A DNA stretch of 64,000 nucleotides from the NCBI RefSeq assembly GCF_032191835.1, contig NC_083229.1, positions 48,484,001 to 48,548,000 of the forward strand. Direction: 5' to 3'. Shown here piece after piece: positions 1 to 14,314 of the stretch. Numbering within the stretch: the stretch's first letter is position 1; the number at the start of each line of letters is the position of its first letter. The stretch is from Heteronotia binoei (taxonomy: Eukaryota). The notes beneath the pieces are model-generated. The model was given only the letters and a program-made list of their open reading frames with translations, searched no databases and had not been told where the DNA came from. The position numbers and the translations under genes are program-made.

Positions 1-1667
1 CAAGTTACCATATTTTCTTATTGTCCTCTTAAGAAAGCATCCAAACAGAAATTGAAATTAAATGAAAGAATGCTCCTAAGGCTGCTAGAGTGGGCCCTTA
101 ATAATGTAATTATGAGGTAGAGGAGATACGCTGCATGGCTTCCAATTATGCTCAGACTCTTAAATCTGTTAGTCTTACAGTAATTTACTTCCATATTTAA
201 GGCTTGCACCCCACAAGGACGTATTCAAAATCATATCTTCCTTTAAACTTCCTGTCTAGAACATCTCTCAATCCAGACAACAGCAGTAAAAACAAGCTTC
301 TTGCACTTTAGTAAAACAGATCTAACACACCACTGACAGCATATTCTTCTATGTGTGTCCTGACTACAGTGCAAAACTAGCTATTTTTGAGTACTTGGAT
401 TCAGCAAGCCATCTGTTGTGCCCACTATATTTAGAAACACACACTATAAATTTAACTGATTATGCCTGTTCAACGGCAACCATCAGCCTCTCGTCTTGCA
501 AACGATCAGTAGTATGACAGATAAATAACAACCTTGTAAAGAATGCAAGCCCTCTCATGGATTGCTGTCTTGTGGTGGCGAGAGGGCTTGTGTGGTTCAA
601 TGAGTCTGTGGGCTATGCCATGCAGGGCCACCCAAGATGGACAGGCCACAGCTGAGAACCCAGGCAAAAAGTAATCCACTGGAGAAGGAAATGGCAAACC
701 ACTCCAGTATCTTTGCCAAGAAAACCTCATGAACAGAAACAAAAGGCTAAAAGATATGGCGCTGGCAGATGAGCCCCTCAGGTCAGAAGGTGCCCAGTAT
801 GCTACTGGGGAAGAGCGTTCAAGTAACCACAGAAAGAGTGAAGCAGCTGGGCCAAAGCCGAAAGGACGCTCAGCTGTGGATATATCTGATGGTGAAAGAA
901 CAGTCCGATGCTGCAAAGAACAATACTGCATCAGAACGTAGATGTAAGATCTATGAATCAAGGTAAGCTAGATGTGTCAAACAAGAGATGGCAAGACTGA
1001 ACATCCACATCTTGGGAATCAGTGAACTAAAATGGATGGGAATGGGTGAATTTAACTCAGAGGATCACTACATCTGTTATTGTAGGCAAGAGTCCCATAG
1101 AAGAAATGGTGTGGCCTTCATAGTTAACAAGAGAGTGAGGAAGGCAGTAATGGGATACAATCTCAAAAATGACAGAATAATCTTGGTCCATATCCAAGGC
1201 AAACCATTCAATATCACAGTAATACAAGTCTATGTCCCAACCACTGATGCAGAAGAGGCTGAAGTGGACAAGTTCTATGAAGATCTACAACACCTTCTAG
1301 AATTAACACCAAAAAAAAGATGTCCTCATCATAGGGGACTGGAATGCCAAAGTAGGAAGTCAAAAGGTGACTGGAACAACTGACAAGTTTGGCCTTGGAG
1401 AACAAAATGAAGACAGGCAAAGGCTAATAAGAGTTTTGCTAAGAGAACAAGCTGGTCATAGCAAACACCCTCTTCCAAAAACCTAAAAGGTGACTCTACA
1501 CGTGGACATCACCTGATGGGCAACACAGAAATCAAATTGATTATATACTCTGCAGTCAAAGATGGAGAAGCTCCTTACAGTCAGCAAAAACAAGACCTGG
1601 AGCTGACTGCGGCTCAGATCATGAGCTACTCATCGCAAAGTTCAGGCTTAAACTGAAAAAAACTGGG

Positions 1668-1950
1668 GAAGAAGAAGAAGATATTGGATTTATATCCCGC
1701 CCTCCACTCCAAAGAGTCTCAGAGCAGCTCACAATCTCCTTTACCTTCCCTCCCCCACAACAGACACCCTGTGAGGTGGGTGGGGCTGGAGAGGGCTCTC
1801 GCAGCAGCTGCCCTTTCAAGGACAACCTCTGCCAGAGCTATGGCTGACCCAAGGCCATGCTAGCAGGTGCAAGTGGAGGAGTGGGGAATCAAACCCGGTT
1901 CTCCCAGATAAGAGTCCGCACACTTAACAACTACACCAAACTGGCTCTCC
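1668..1950 (-). mobile_element. tRNA-derived SINE (Squam3-like) nested in BovB
   Basis: Minus strand begins with a tRNA-like head (A box AGTTTGGTGTAG, B box GGTTTGATTCCC) and ends in a (CTT)n tail. It interrupts otherwise continuous BovB sequence and is nearly identical to 20390-20672. Confidence 0.85.
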
Positions 1951-3210
1951 GAAGCCATTAGGCCATTCAGGTTTGACCTTGATCACATCCCTTCTGAATA
2001 TACAGTGGAGGTGAAGAATAGATTTAAGGAACTAGAATTGATAGAGTGCCTGAAGAACTATGGAGGTTCGTGACATTGTACAGAAGGCAGCAATCAGCAC
2101 CATCCCAAAGAAAAAGAAATGCAAGGAAGCAAAGTGGCTGTCTGATGAGGCTTTACGAATCGCTGAGGGAAGAAGGAAAGCGAAAGGCAAAGGTGAAAAG
2201 GAAAGATTCACGCAACTGAATGCATATTTCTAGAGAACAGCAAGGAGAGATAAGGAGGCCTTCCTGAAGGAACAATGCAAAGCAATAGAGGAAAATAATA
2301 GAATGGGCAGGACAAGAGATCTATTCAAGAAAATTGGAGAAATCAAGGGAACGTTTCATGCAAAGATGGCCATGATAAAGGACAAAAACGGTAGGGACCT
2401 AACAGAAGCAGAAGAGATCAGGAAGAGGTGGCAAGAATACACAGAAGAATTATACAAGTAGGATCTCAATATCCTGGACAACCATGACAGTGAACTTTGA
2501 GCCAGACATCCTGGAGAGTGAAATCAAATGGGCTTTAGAAAGCATTACTAACAGCAAAGCGAGCAGAGATGATGGTATCCCAGTTGAGCTATTCAAAGTC
2601 CTAAAAGATGATGCTGTTAAAGTGATGTCAACAAATTTGGAAAACACAACAGTGGCCACAGGCTTGGAAAAGATCGGTTTATATTCCAATTCCGAAGAAG
2701 GGTAATGCCAAGGAATGTTCAAACTATCATACCATTGCACTCATTTCACATGCCAGTAAGGTCATGTTAAAGATCCTACAATCTAGGCTTCAGCAATATG
2801 TAGATCGGGAACTACCAGAAGTTCAAGCTGGGTTTCAGAGAGGTAGAGGAACTAGAGATCAAATTGCCAACATTTGACGGATTATGGAGAAAGCACAGGA
2901 GTATCAGAAAAACGTCTATTTCTGCTTCATTGACTATGCTAAAGCCTTTGATTGTGTGGATCACAACAAACTGTGGCAAGTCCTTAAAGAGATGGGAGTA
3001 CCAGACCACCTCACATGTCTCCTGAGAAACCTGTATAGGGGTCAAGAAGCAACTGTCAGAACAGAATATGGGATAACTGATTGGTTTAGAATAGGAAAAG
3101 GAGTTCGACAAGGATGTATATTGTTATCCTGCTTATTTAATTTATATGCAGAGTACATCATGCGGAATGCTGGCCTGGATGAAGCACAAACCGGAATTAA
3201 GATTGCCGGG

Positions 3211-3497
3211 AACATAAGAAAATAAGAGAAGCCATGTTGGATCAAGCCAATTGCCCATCCAGTCCAACAATCTGTGTCACACAGTGGCAAAAGAAATTAT
3301 ACACACACACATATATATATGGCTAATAGCACTGATGGACCTCTGCTACATATTTTTATCTAACCCCCTCTTGAAGCTGTCTATGCTTGTAGCCGCCACC
3401 ACCTCCTGTGGCAGTGAATTCCACATGTTAATCACCCTTTGGGTGAAGAAGTACTTCCTTTTATCTGTTTTAACCTGACTGCTCAGCAATTTCATTG
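3211..3497 (-). mobile_element. 5'-truncated CR1 LINE 3' end nested in BovB RT
   Basis: Starts ACATAAGAAAATAAGAGAAGCCATGTTGGATC, the typical reverse-complemented squamate CR1 3' end. BovB reading (GIKIAG|NINNLRYADD) resumes after it. Confidence 0.8.
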
Positions 3498-6400
3498 AAA
3501 AACATCAACAACCTCAGATATGCAGATGACACTACTCTAATGGCAGAAAGTGAGGAGGACCTAAAGAACCTCTTGTTGAGGGTGCAAGAGGAGAGTACAA
3601 AAGTAGGCTTGAAACTCAACATCAAAAAAACTAAGATCATGGCATCCGGCCCCATCACACCATGGCAAACAGAAGGGGAAGACATGGAAGTAGTGACAGA
3701 CTTCACATTTCTGGGATCCAAGATCACTGCAGATGGTGACTGTAGCCATGAAATTAAAAGATGTTTGCTCCTTGGGAGGACAACTATGGTAATCCTAGGC
3801 AGTATAATAAAAAGTAGAGACATCATCCTGCCAACAAAAGTTCGTATAGTCAAAGCAGTGGTATTCCCAGTAGTAATATATGGCTGTGAGAGCTGGACCG
3901 TAAGGAAGGCAGAGTGCAGAAGAATAGATGCTTTTGAGCTGTAGTGCTGGAGAAGAATCTTGAGAGTCCCTTGGACTGCAAGATCAAATCAGTCAATCCT
4001 AAGGGAAATCAACCCAGACTGTTCCCTGGAAGGTCAGATGCTGAAGCTCAAATACTTTGGCCACCAAATGAGAAGGGAACACTCCCTGGAGAAGATCCTG
4101 ATGCTAGGAAAGACAGAAGGCAAAAGAAGAAGGGGACGGCAAAAGATGAGATGGCTGGACAGTGTTACTGATATAACAAACACGAATTTGAGCAGACTTC
4201 GGAGGAAGGAGGGCCTGGCATGACTTTGTCCATGGGGTCTCAAAGAGTCGGACTCGACTGTGTGACTGAGCAACAAAAAAGAATGCAAGAGGAAATGCTA
4301 ATTGGCAGCAGCAGATAGCGGGAGCTCTCAGGATCAAAGCAGCAAAACTTGGAGGACTCCCAGTCTCCCAGTTGGAGAAACTACCCAGTCTTGTTTGAGT
4401 GGCTGGGCAACTGCAAGGTGTTCCAAGAACATGTCATGAAATTCATTACAACCCCTTAGGTCACTGGAAATACACATTTTTAGTAAGAGTAACCCTAACT
4501 TTTATCCTGAGCCATTTAGACAGTTTTTAAAACACGCACATTTTGTTGATGCATATAAAATGCCCTTCATTTTGCAAAACTTAATACTATATGACATTAA
4601 TACATTAACAAGAACAGTTCAGCAGCATCAGAAATCATGTGCTGAATGCATCCTTCATTACCAGCCAAACAAACAAAACAGTTTTATGGAATATTTTATT
4701 TATGCCATTTGCATTGATGTCAAGAAATATCTGGCACCACATGCTTGCTTGGTAGCACACTTGTGGGGAGGGACCTAGTGCTCTCATGGCCATCATGGAA
4801 CCTTTGAGGAGCAGTTACTGAAACAAGACTGAAGAGTTTTTCTGCTATCTTTTCCCAGTACCAAGATCCTTGATTTGAATATGAGGGGGGCTATTTTCAA
4901 GATAAAACAAAAACCCTGCACAAACACACAAAACCTGTGCCATGTTCCTTCATCTCAGCATGTTTCTTCCAGCATTGTGTCAGCTTGGCGTCTTACTGAG
5001 GAGCCTTTAAATAACAGTTTTTGTAAACTCAGTAAATGCAGGTTTGTTCTTTATTTGCTGCACAGTCATCAACATTCCTTAAGCTTGAGGATGTATTGTA
5101 CAGAATATGAACTTACTTCACAGACATTCATAGTGACAAGAAGAAGATCCCCATTCCAAAGAGTTCAGAAAAAGAACAGAGCCAGTAAAAGTCAAAGAGT
5201 AATCTGAGGAAATAAACATAATATCAAAGGTCACTTAATCTCTACAACTGCCATTATGATTTCAGAACTACAATAGTAAGAGAACCGCCAAAGCTCTTGC
5301 CTAGAGTTCTGTGGGGACTTGTTTTAAGGCAGCATTCATTATGCGGTAATCCAAAATGAAGGGGGAAGTCTTCCCTAAGAAGTTGGAGATAAAACTAGCA
5401 TAAAGCCTACAAGGCATGCCACAGTTGCTGACACATGCATTGCTCAAATTCAGAGCTAGAAGCTAAATAAAATTTGCAGTACTCTTCATTAATGCCTCCA
5501 AGCATCAAACTCCAATTATTTCACCAATGCACAGTAATCACAGCATATGTAATGTCTGCAGGCTTAGAATGCATCTTTTTACAGTTTTTTTAAAATTAAA
5601 ATATTTGTCATGTGAAGGTGAACACATTGTACCACCTGAGCCTGCTGCTCCTTGCCACCTCTCACCAGCTAAGGTCAGTGTGAGAAGCCCCAGTGAGCAG
5701 GCACAACTCAAAACACTGTCTTCACAGTAGGAGCATTAGGTGCTCCAGTTCCTAAGCAGAGGAGGCAGGTGGGCAAAGGACTAGAGATAGCAAGGCTTGG
5801 GTTAGAGAAGGTAACAAGGTAATGGCTGCTCTCCTCCCAAAATGTACCACTAGGGTTGCCTTCTCTGGCTTGAGAAATTCCTGGAGATTTGGTTGTGATT
5901 CCACAGAAATAGGGTTACCAGCCTCCAGGTTCATCTGGTGTTCTCCCAGAGTTACAACTGATATCCAGATTGTAGAGATCAATTCCCGTGAAGAAACAGC
6001 AGCTTTGTCCCGTGGACCCATGACTTCACATTCCTGCTGAGCTCTCTCCCCAGTCTCTGTCCCTACCTTTCCAGGAATTTCCCAACTCAAAGTTGGCCCT
6101 CTTACCAGGAAAGGCAGTGCTAGGGCTGCCAGTTCTGGAGCAGGAAGAAGTGTGCCTCCACAATGCCAGTACATTATGACATTTTCAACAGAAACTGAAA
6201 GTGATGTCATGATGATGTGGAGGACACTCTAGGCATCAGTCAAAACCAAAGCATCCCCCACAACATCATGACACCAAATTGAATTTTTGCTGGAAGTGTA
6301 ATTGTGCACCTGCCATTTCTCCATTTTTCTCCCACTGGCCTTTGAAGCACTGGTGGGAAGACGGAGGAATCACCAGGAGATCTGCCCTACAAAGCTAATA

Positions 6401-6699
6401 TTTCCTCCAAGGAAATTGATCTCTTGTCTAAAGACAATTTCAGGAGAACTCCACATCCCACCTTGGGGCTGATAACCCTTTGTACCACTGAGGGCACCTC
6501 CCATTAATGTGCAGCTGGTCGTGCTTATAACAGCTGATTAGATTGGGAGGAGGAGCCCCAATAGCCAAAGGTCAAACCCAACCTGGTTCTGCTATTACTT
6601 CAGACATGATCTAAGCAAGAAGAGAAATGCTATGAGATAGAGAAGAACAAAGTAAAGGAAGAAAAACAAAGTAGTTTAGCTCCCCTCACAGTCTCACCC

Positions 6700-7075
6700 A
6701 TGCATGTGTTAAGTGCCATCGAGTCACTTCTGATTTATGGCGACCCTATGAATTAATGCCCCCCAAAACATCCTATTATTAACAGCCTTGCTCATGTCTT
6801 ACGAATGGAGGAATATGGCTGCCTTGATGGAGTCCATCCACCTCATGTTGGGTCTTTCTCTTTTCCTGCTGCCTTATTATCTTTTCCAGTGGCACATGTC
6901 TCCACATAATGTGACTGAAGTATGGTAGCCTTAATTTAGTGATTTCAGCTTCTGGGGAGAGCTCGGACTTGATTTCTAAAACCCACTTGCTTTTCTGGCA
7001 GTCTGTGGTATTCATAAAACTCTCCACCAATACATTTCAGATGAATCAATTTTCTTCCTGTCAGCTTTCTTTGTT
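6700..7075 (-). mobile_element. Old RTE-type LINE 3' fragment
   Basis: Minus-strand translation resembles the RTE C-terminus (SLEA...LRL.YF.HIM.R...LEK.I). Confidence 0.65.
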
Positions 7076-7164
7076 GTCATCACAGAGTTTGAGGTAAGAG
7101 ATGATTGTAAGTGGTTCACCATTGTCGTCTTCTGTGCAGTACTAACTAGGGTTAGCTGTAGTGT

Positions 7165-7360
7165 CCACTGCTGTCAAGTCACAGCCAACTTTTGGCAACC
7201 CTGTAGGGTTTTCAAGGCAAGAGAACAAGGGTCGTTTTGCCATTGCCTGCCTCTGCATAGCAACCCTGAACTTCCTTGGTGGTCTCCTATCTAAGTATTA
7301 CCCTGGACCGACATGGCTTCATTTCCAAGATCTGATGAGACTGAGCTAGCCTAGACCATC
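7165..7360 (-). mobile_element. 5S rRNA-derived SINE (5S-Sauria-like)
   Basis: 7278-7345 resembles reverse-complemented 5S rRNA (GGTCTCCCATCCAAGTACTAACC...) with many mismatches, joined to a BovB/Sauria-like tail (GGCAATGGCAAAAC). Confidence 0.7.
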
Positions 7361-8349
7361 CAGACAGAAGGAGAAAAGGGAAAGACAATGGCTATTTCAG
7401 GGCAGATTATACCACAATCAACTCTTAAAACATTAAAAGCAATATATTAAAATGAATAGAAACCTCCTGGTTCAGAGCAGGAGACAGGGTGTCAGTTTAG
7501 TACAGTTTCCAGTTGGCCAGTAATTAATGATGTAATATTTCAAGTGTGCCATTGAAGATAAGATACTTCAGCAAGGGAGGCCAGTTTAGTTTAATTTGGA
7601 TGCCCGCTACTTCACCCAAATACCTAGCAACCAAGGGTTAGTCAAAAGTCTAACACCAAACAACATATGGATCCCTTAAAATTCTGAAAGTAGGAGGAAA
7701 ACATGGCAGCCATCACATTAACAGTACAGGAGACTCATTTTATCTGAATGTTATGTAACTTCACATGTATTGGAACTAAGAGCATGCACAATGGCAACAG
7801 GCAGTCTCTCACCCCTGCTCTCAGTCCTCCTCAATAATTTGAAAAGCAGGGGGGGAAATGGAATGCATGGTACAAAAAAATAGTGATTTTCCCCAATTTC
7901 TATGGTAAAGACCATGAAGATGGCGGGGCAGGGGAGTTACAAAATGTTACCTGGAAATACCACTCTATAAATTTCCCCAGTCTATGTGGTAAAGACCATT
8001 CTCTATTGTGAGGCTTTGATGGGTCTCCCCCCCCCCCCCCGTTATAGCTACTTTAGGAAAATGCTTTTTCCTCTTATTTCTCAGAGCATCACCTGGAATT
8101 ACAATCATATTTCCCTGAAACTTCACCATCCTGATACACTGCCCCAAAATTCTCCCTGCATTTGTCAGCAAAGAGCTGGCATTGACAGCCATTAGCACTA
8201 AACTTCCCTCATAGATACCTCAACTTCTATCAGGTAAGGTCACTTAGATCCATTCACAGTAATCAAACAAACAAATAAATATTTATTTGTTTGATTACTG
8301 TGAACATACATACATATAGCATATAGATATACAGATATATACATATACA

Positions 8350-8524
8350 AGGGCTTTTTTTTAGCAGGAACGCCATTCCCGCTGGCTTGGTGTCAAGGGG
8401 TGTGGCCTAATATGCAAATGAGTTCATGCTGGGCTTTTCTACAATAAGTCCTGTGTTAAAGAATGGTGATGTCAGAGGGTGTGGCCTAATATGCAAATAA
8501 GGTTTTTTGGTAGGAAAAGCCCTG
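8350..8524. mobile_element. Non-autonomous MITE-like repeat with AGGGCTTTTT/AAAAGCCCT ends and octamer-containing subunits
   Basis: Terminal inverted ends; internal GGTGTGGCCTAATATGCAAAT units. Related copies at 24612, ~28895, ~60780 and 61812. Confidence 0.6.
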
Positions 8525-11500
8525 TAGATAGATATATGAATATGAAAACTCATCATGCTCTCACTAAAAGATCTTATGCTTTCAGTTTGTGACAAGCCAA
8601 CTAGCAGAAAAAAGACCCTTCTACATGTAGCTATTACAAGAGGGGAAATTCATGGAAGCTCATGTGGGAAAGGAAGTCCCATTCTCCCCCACAAGTACCT
8701 AGTTTAATTCCCAATCCACATCTGAGTGTACTTCTCCACCTCCCTACTCAACATTTCCTTCTTTCCACTCCTCCTTGTCCAAGCTTCCGTCCCTCAGTCT
8801 CATCTTCCATTCCATCTCTTCCATTCCTGCCCTATGTTCAGCCAATGTAGGAAGGAGGAGGAAGGAAAGTATGCGTGCAAAGAAGGCAGGTCAGAGCCAT
8901 CTCCAGATTCCCTTGCTCCCTGGCTGCTGAATGCCATCCCACCATATAGATATAAATGTATATATATTTGTATGACATTGTGTTGTTACAACTCAATATG
9001 CCATTGTTTATTGTTTTGTGGTCTGCACCAATTGTCTGCAACAGCATTACTGTTTGGGGGCTACCCTCCTTTTTTTCAGTATTTCAGATTTTCTGCAAAT
9101 CCTGAAGGTTTCCCTAGCTTTTCAGAACGCTAAAGTATAGCCAGGGTGATCCCCATTTAGCAAATTTTGTGATCCATAGTTGGGATGCCAAAGTTGGGAC
9201 CTGGATATTTTCCAGAATTACAATTCATCTCTAGCCTTCAAATATCAGGTATGCTAGAGAAAATGATGGCTTCAGAGGGAGGACTCTATATTACACCCCA
9301 CTGAGGTCCTTTTTCACCCCAAACTTGTGCTCCCTAGGCTCCACCCACCAATATCCAGGAATTTCCAGCCCAGGTTTGACAACCCTATAACATTGTGCTG
9401 GGTAATGGCAAGCGCCTCACAGACAATGATACACACTCCTCACTTAACAAATATGGGAAGTTCTAAGAACAACACTGGCCAGGTTTGGTTTCCTTTGGCC
9501 TAGGGCACAAGACTTCTCATTACTTTTCAAACAATCTGAGAAATTTCTGTGCTCAAAGAAAAATTATATACTTATTACAAAACTTCTGAAAGAAAAATAT
9601 TTGATATGTTGAAATCAGCTTTTAAAAAGTTTTCACCATAGTGATTGCTGCTGTGCAAATGATTACAACATTGCAATTAACTGAACAAGTCCTGCAAAAT
9701 TACATTAAATGCTTAAACTCAGTAGTTTTGGCATGAAGTACTCTGCCATAAAGCACTACTGAAAATTAGGTAATATACAATATAGCCCAATGCTAACACT
9801 TCACCTATCTATACAAGGCACGGAACAATTCAAGATAGATGACTAGAGTAGTCTGAAGGCTCATGGACATGGGGACTGTCCAGCCGGAACATACTGAACA
9901 GACATATCTGATCCACAAAGAAAGCTAGGTCTTTGACACTGTTACATCTAGAGCTGTACACACATGCATGGGAATTCTATGCCAATAAATACACCATTCC
10001 CCTTGCATCTCAGCAATGAGAAGGGCTAAGGACTTATTCAAAATTAAAGCTGGAAATTCAGGTAATTGACAGTTCATGGCCAAAAGATCATTGTAGCACA
10101 ATGTCAATTACCAATTTTATTAAACCCTCAAAATACCTGATTGGTACAGCAGGGGAAAGTGTGGGGAAAATGGCACTTTATGGAATAAACTGCGCACAAA
10201 ACTCCCATGTGGATGCTCTGTTGCCTGTACCAATACCTCATTCACAATGGCCACAATACAGAAGGAGAATAGGGAAACAGGTGCAGCCTTCATTATTTTG
10301 GCTTCAGTTGACTAGCACAGCTATACTTCTGGTATATTGATGAAGCCACCATAACAACCAGCTAGGACAATGTACCAAAATAGCTAACACAACATACAGA
10401 AACCTCAGTTTGGCACAGACCAGAGGGAACAAATTGTATGGTTTGCACTAATAATTAAAAAGTGCCCCCCTTTTAGGTTTGTTTTAAAAGTAAAGTTAAC
10501 AAGCTGCTCTCCAGAAGGTGAAAGCAACTGCAGCAGTCAAGATTTTCCCAGCCAGCCAGTCCAGTTCATGTCAGCCTTGATGCTGCAAGGTTCTTGCCAA
10601 CAGGCTACTAGGCTTGTGTTGTGCTTACATGAAACTCTTGCATCACTGCCCAACTTTAAACAACAAAACCTGTCACAACAGCCAGGTCATTCACATGGAA
10701 TGCTGAGACATCACCAGGAGAGGTGCATAAGAGAACCTGAGCCATTTTTAATGAAGCATTAGCAAAGCCACCAGAACTCATCACACCACATTTTCCTATG
10801 GTTTGCAGCACAAGCTTGCTATGCTCTTTTTTGAAAACTATAATTTTATATTTTCTGAACACTCCAAGAACAAATATTTTTGTTAGTTAACAGATCCAGG
10901 TACCATGGATTTGGGAAGCCTATACTTCATCATCTATATCAATGATTTGGCTCCCCCAAGCATATGCAGCAGTGGCTCTGGGAAGCATGCACAGCCTCCC
11001 CCAATCACCCATGCTTATTATGTTGGCCCCAGGCAGCACATGCTTGAATCAGGGAGTCTCATGTCTCTCCCCCACATCAACCACGCTGCTGCAGGCAGGG
11101 AGACAGCACCTGGATTTCACAGCCTTAGATATGTGCAATGGGGGACTGAGTCTGGAAGGCACATGCCTCTCTGCTGTCACCCAGACTTCCATCTTGGTTG
11201 TCAATCTGGGCAACACACACCCCTGTCCCAGTCACCCAAGCAGATGACAACAGGAGCAAGTCAAGATATGGACTCTGGAGGGAAGGCTGGTGGAGCTCAC
11301 CATCTTGGATCCAGTCCTAGCACTCCTAGTATACCAAGTGGCTGCTTCAGTAACTTTTAACATCCCTGCACCAAGATTAACAATCCTTCAGCATCTGCTC
11401 CGTTCATATTGCTTTTGTTTAACACGTTAATTCTGTGGAGGTTGTTTGATTCTCTCCTGTATAAATCCAGTTCTGAAGCATCTGCGCAGCGATTATTGTA

Positions 11501-14127
11501 AAGGAGGCAGCCATAGCCACAAAGATTCCTACCAAGCAATCTGTTACCATTTTCATGGTTTAAAAGCATTGCATTATGATGCCATTAAAGGTTCGTTTGA
11601 TTTCTTGATTGATTGATTTAAAAGCTATATACTCTCCTGTTCTGAAATCCCCATCTAAAGTTTAAATTAAGATTTGGCCCAAGACAGCATAGCTATCCTC
11701 TTCCTATGGCAACATCATGAAAAGGCTGCTATAGGCTTGTGCAGCTTGTGTGGAGAGAAGTCCAGGGAAAACAATTCATTATTCAAGTGAGAAATCTGAA
11801 GCAAGGCTAAGTCCCAATTACTTTAAAGGCTGCTCCCAAAGAAAACATAGATGTTAACATGGCTCTCATCTGGCTCCTTTTCTGATTAGCATAATAGAAG
11901 ACTCCTTATCTGCAGCAAGCACACCTAAATCAATTTCCTATATTCATTTCCTAGGGAAAAAACCATGTGAAGTCTCAGGTCTTGCGTCTTCTCTCCACAC
12001 ACAGAGAGTGTATTTAAAAGCTGAGCTGTTATTAAAGACTTAGTGACCTGATGGTTGAAAAAAATGAAGCATTTGGGGATTGTTCCTGTTATTTTTACAT
12101 ACATACAAGAATGGGTCATAATTTTTCAGATCTTTTTTCTATACTCTTCCAAATGCCATGTTACCACAATCTTTTCTTTTTTTCTTTAAAGCAAGTACTA
12201 GATGGAGGGTTTGAGAATCAAAGCCTTCTGACTCCACAAACTAAATCATCTGTAGTACAACAACCCCAGCCACCAAGTCAGTGCTTACAGTGGAAACATA
12301 CTATGCATATGATGTCCAGATTTGTGCTTAAGGCAGAGATCAGTTCCCTGACTTTAAGTCTAGTAATAAGCCCAGCCCTCTTTCTTCAATACTTGGGCTC
12401 CCCCAAGTACACCAATGCAACTTACGTGGCTGAATCCTAACCTATTTAGCTGTTCTAATAATATTTTATGGGGATGCTGTGGAAGTAAACACAGACAAAT
12501 GTTTAGGACATTTTAAAAAGGGAGTGCTTCCCACACAGGCAAAGGGAAACTGGTGAAGAAACAAATGCACAGGCTGATTCTGTGCATGTTTACTCAGAAT
12601 TGATTAAGCCACACCAGTTTTGTCAAGACTTAGCTTAAGGTAGTGTAATGATAGTCTTACCATAGGTACATTCACTGCTGAATTCAGTGGTTTTTACTCC
12701 CAGATAAAGTTAATTAGCTATTTCTTTTAGTCAATATATGTTACACAGAAAGATGGAATATGAGCGCTTACACCAAGCAGAAAACCATTTTTATTGTGTA
12801 CTCTTACATAAATTTAGAACACACCTACATGACTTCATGCAGAAACATTTATTGGCTAGCTAGGGCGGGTCTCCTACAGTGCAGTCTTAAACAGAGTAAC
12901 ACCTTTCTGCATCCACTAAAGGCAATGAATGTAGGAGGGTGCAACTGTTTAAGATTGCCCTTAAATGCAATGCAAACACATCACAACAGACACAGGTAGT
13001 TCTACATTTAGATTAGCTCCTCATCAACCTCCAAGTGTAACATTCTAAATACCACAAACAAAACCATTTGGGAGAAGACAGTGACTTAAACCACACAATG
13101 CTCTCCAGTTTATTTTTAAACAACAGGATCAGTTTTCTGCATAGAGTATTCTTTCTATATTTTATGATGACATTGCGCATCATTATGTTGCCAAAACATG
13201 TGAGATTCCTTTAGACAAAGCATTTGAAATTTTAATGGATTACAAAAAAGCAGGAACACTTTATTTACTTAGCGTATTTCCATCATGTCAATGCAATAGT
13301 CACACCTCACTCCCAGGTCACCTACCTTCTGGCCTAGAGATAATTTGCAAATCCTGACTAGTTTAGCACTGACAGAGACATCACAGCAGAATGTGCAAGT
13401 AATGTGATCTGTATTCATGTGCCTCACAATATAAAAGGAACATGATATCATTGTTAATTATAGTTTTTAAAGTGATCTAATTCTGAAACTTTACAGAAGA
13501 ATCCAATGTGCAATTCCTTTGCAGTAGTAATTTATTAAAACCAAGCAAGGTGAAACCTGCTGGATTCCTAGTGGGTATAAGGTTCACAGTATTATACAAG
13601 CAGGAAACAAGGGTTGTAAACAGAGACAGAGCACAACAGAGACAGTCCAAGGGAATCGATACTATAAAAATAATGGAGTCTTCTTCTGGGAACTATGGGG
13701 GGAAAGAATAGGTAAGAGACCTTTTCTTTTCTTAGAAGAGAAAAGATGTTCATATTAGTGCCGTGATCAAATGGTATGTTCACAAACATTAGGGGCCAGC
13801 TTTGGGTATAGGGATGGGGAAGCTGTTTCCAAAAAGGCTTCCAAGTTACATACATGGATTGAAAAATCCACAAGCACTTTAATAGCACATGAAGACAGAT
13901 TTGATTGTCTACATTCTTTAGGCAGTTCTTTCTCCCGTTCTACATGACACAGAGTCATTTCTACAGAGCGGCTGATAAATATCTCCAAACTGGACAATTG
14001 GGGGAAACTCTGATGAGTGAGACATTCTCCACAAACTCAGAAATCTAGCCTAGGATTAAACGTTTTGATACTGAAGGTAGGTCTGGAGTGTAACTTTCCA
14101 GCCCCTAAACTGTCAATCGGAACTCAC

Positions 14128-14314
14128 CCCGTTTGTCTCTGGTGCCGTGTTTCTTGGCCACTGCCAGCTCTTTCTCGATCCTGGCTTCCAGATACTCCTG
14201 TTTCTTGGTAAGCATCTCCTCTGTCTCCCGCAAACGGGCTAAGGCCTCCTGGGGCGTGGGGCCCCCCTTGCCTTTGCCCCCTCCGCTTTTGAAAAGCTTG
14301 TGGATCTTACTCAT
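14128..14314 (-). CDS. CHMP4C: CHMP4C (ESCRT-III Snf7 family) coding exon 1
   Basis: MSKIHKLFKSGGGKGKGGPTPQEALARLRETEEMLTKKQEYLEARIEKELAVAKKHGTRDKR, then a phase-1 GTGAGT donor. Snf7 N-terminus, head-to-head with ZFAND1 as in human. Confidence 0.92.

Larger units (their letters stand above)
550..4277 (+). mobile_element. Full-length decayed RTE-BovB LINE (5' UTR, APE endonuclease and RT remnants, 3' tail) inside CHMP4C intron 1, antisense to the gene
   Basis: ORF fragments 988-1383 (APE: ILGISELKW...NITVIQVYVPTT), 2484-2705, 2884-3225 (FIDYAKAFDCVDH...GVRQGCIL) and 3495-4223 (NNLRYADDTTL) match BovB ORF. 12-bp TSD AAAGAATGCAAG at 538-549 and 4278-4289. Many frameshifts and stops. Confidence 0.95.

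Noticed and set aside
7278-7345. 5S rRNA-like sequence (also ~47240-47300)
   Set aside because: Partial, heavily mutated and fused to a retroposon tail; not an rRNA gene.
8253-8304. AT-rich ~50-bp imperfect palindrome
   Set aside because: Short, low-complexity and set among MITE debris; no evidence of function.
10905-11569. ORFs of 151, 101 and 70 aa
   Set aside because: No recognisable domain or convincing splice context; lengths are within chance range.
1-14127. Downstream CHMP4C exons
   Set aside because: No minus-strand segment resembling AALQALKRKKRFEKQL...IDGTLSTIEFQRE was found by eye; intron 1 probably extends beyond the window start.
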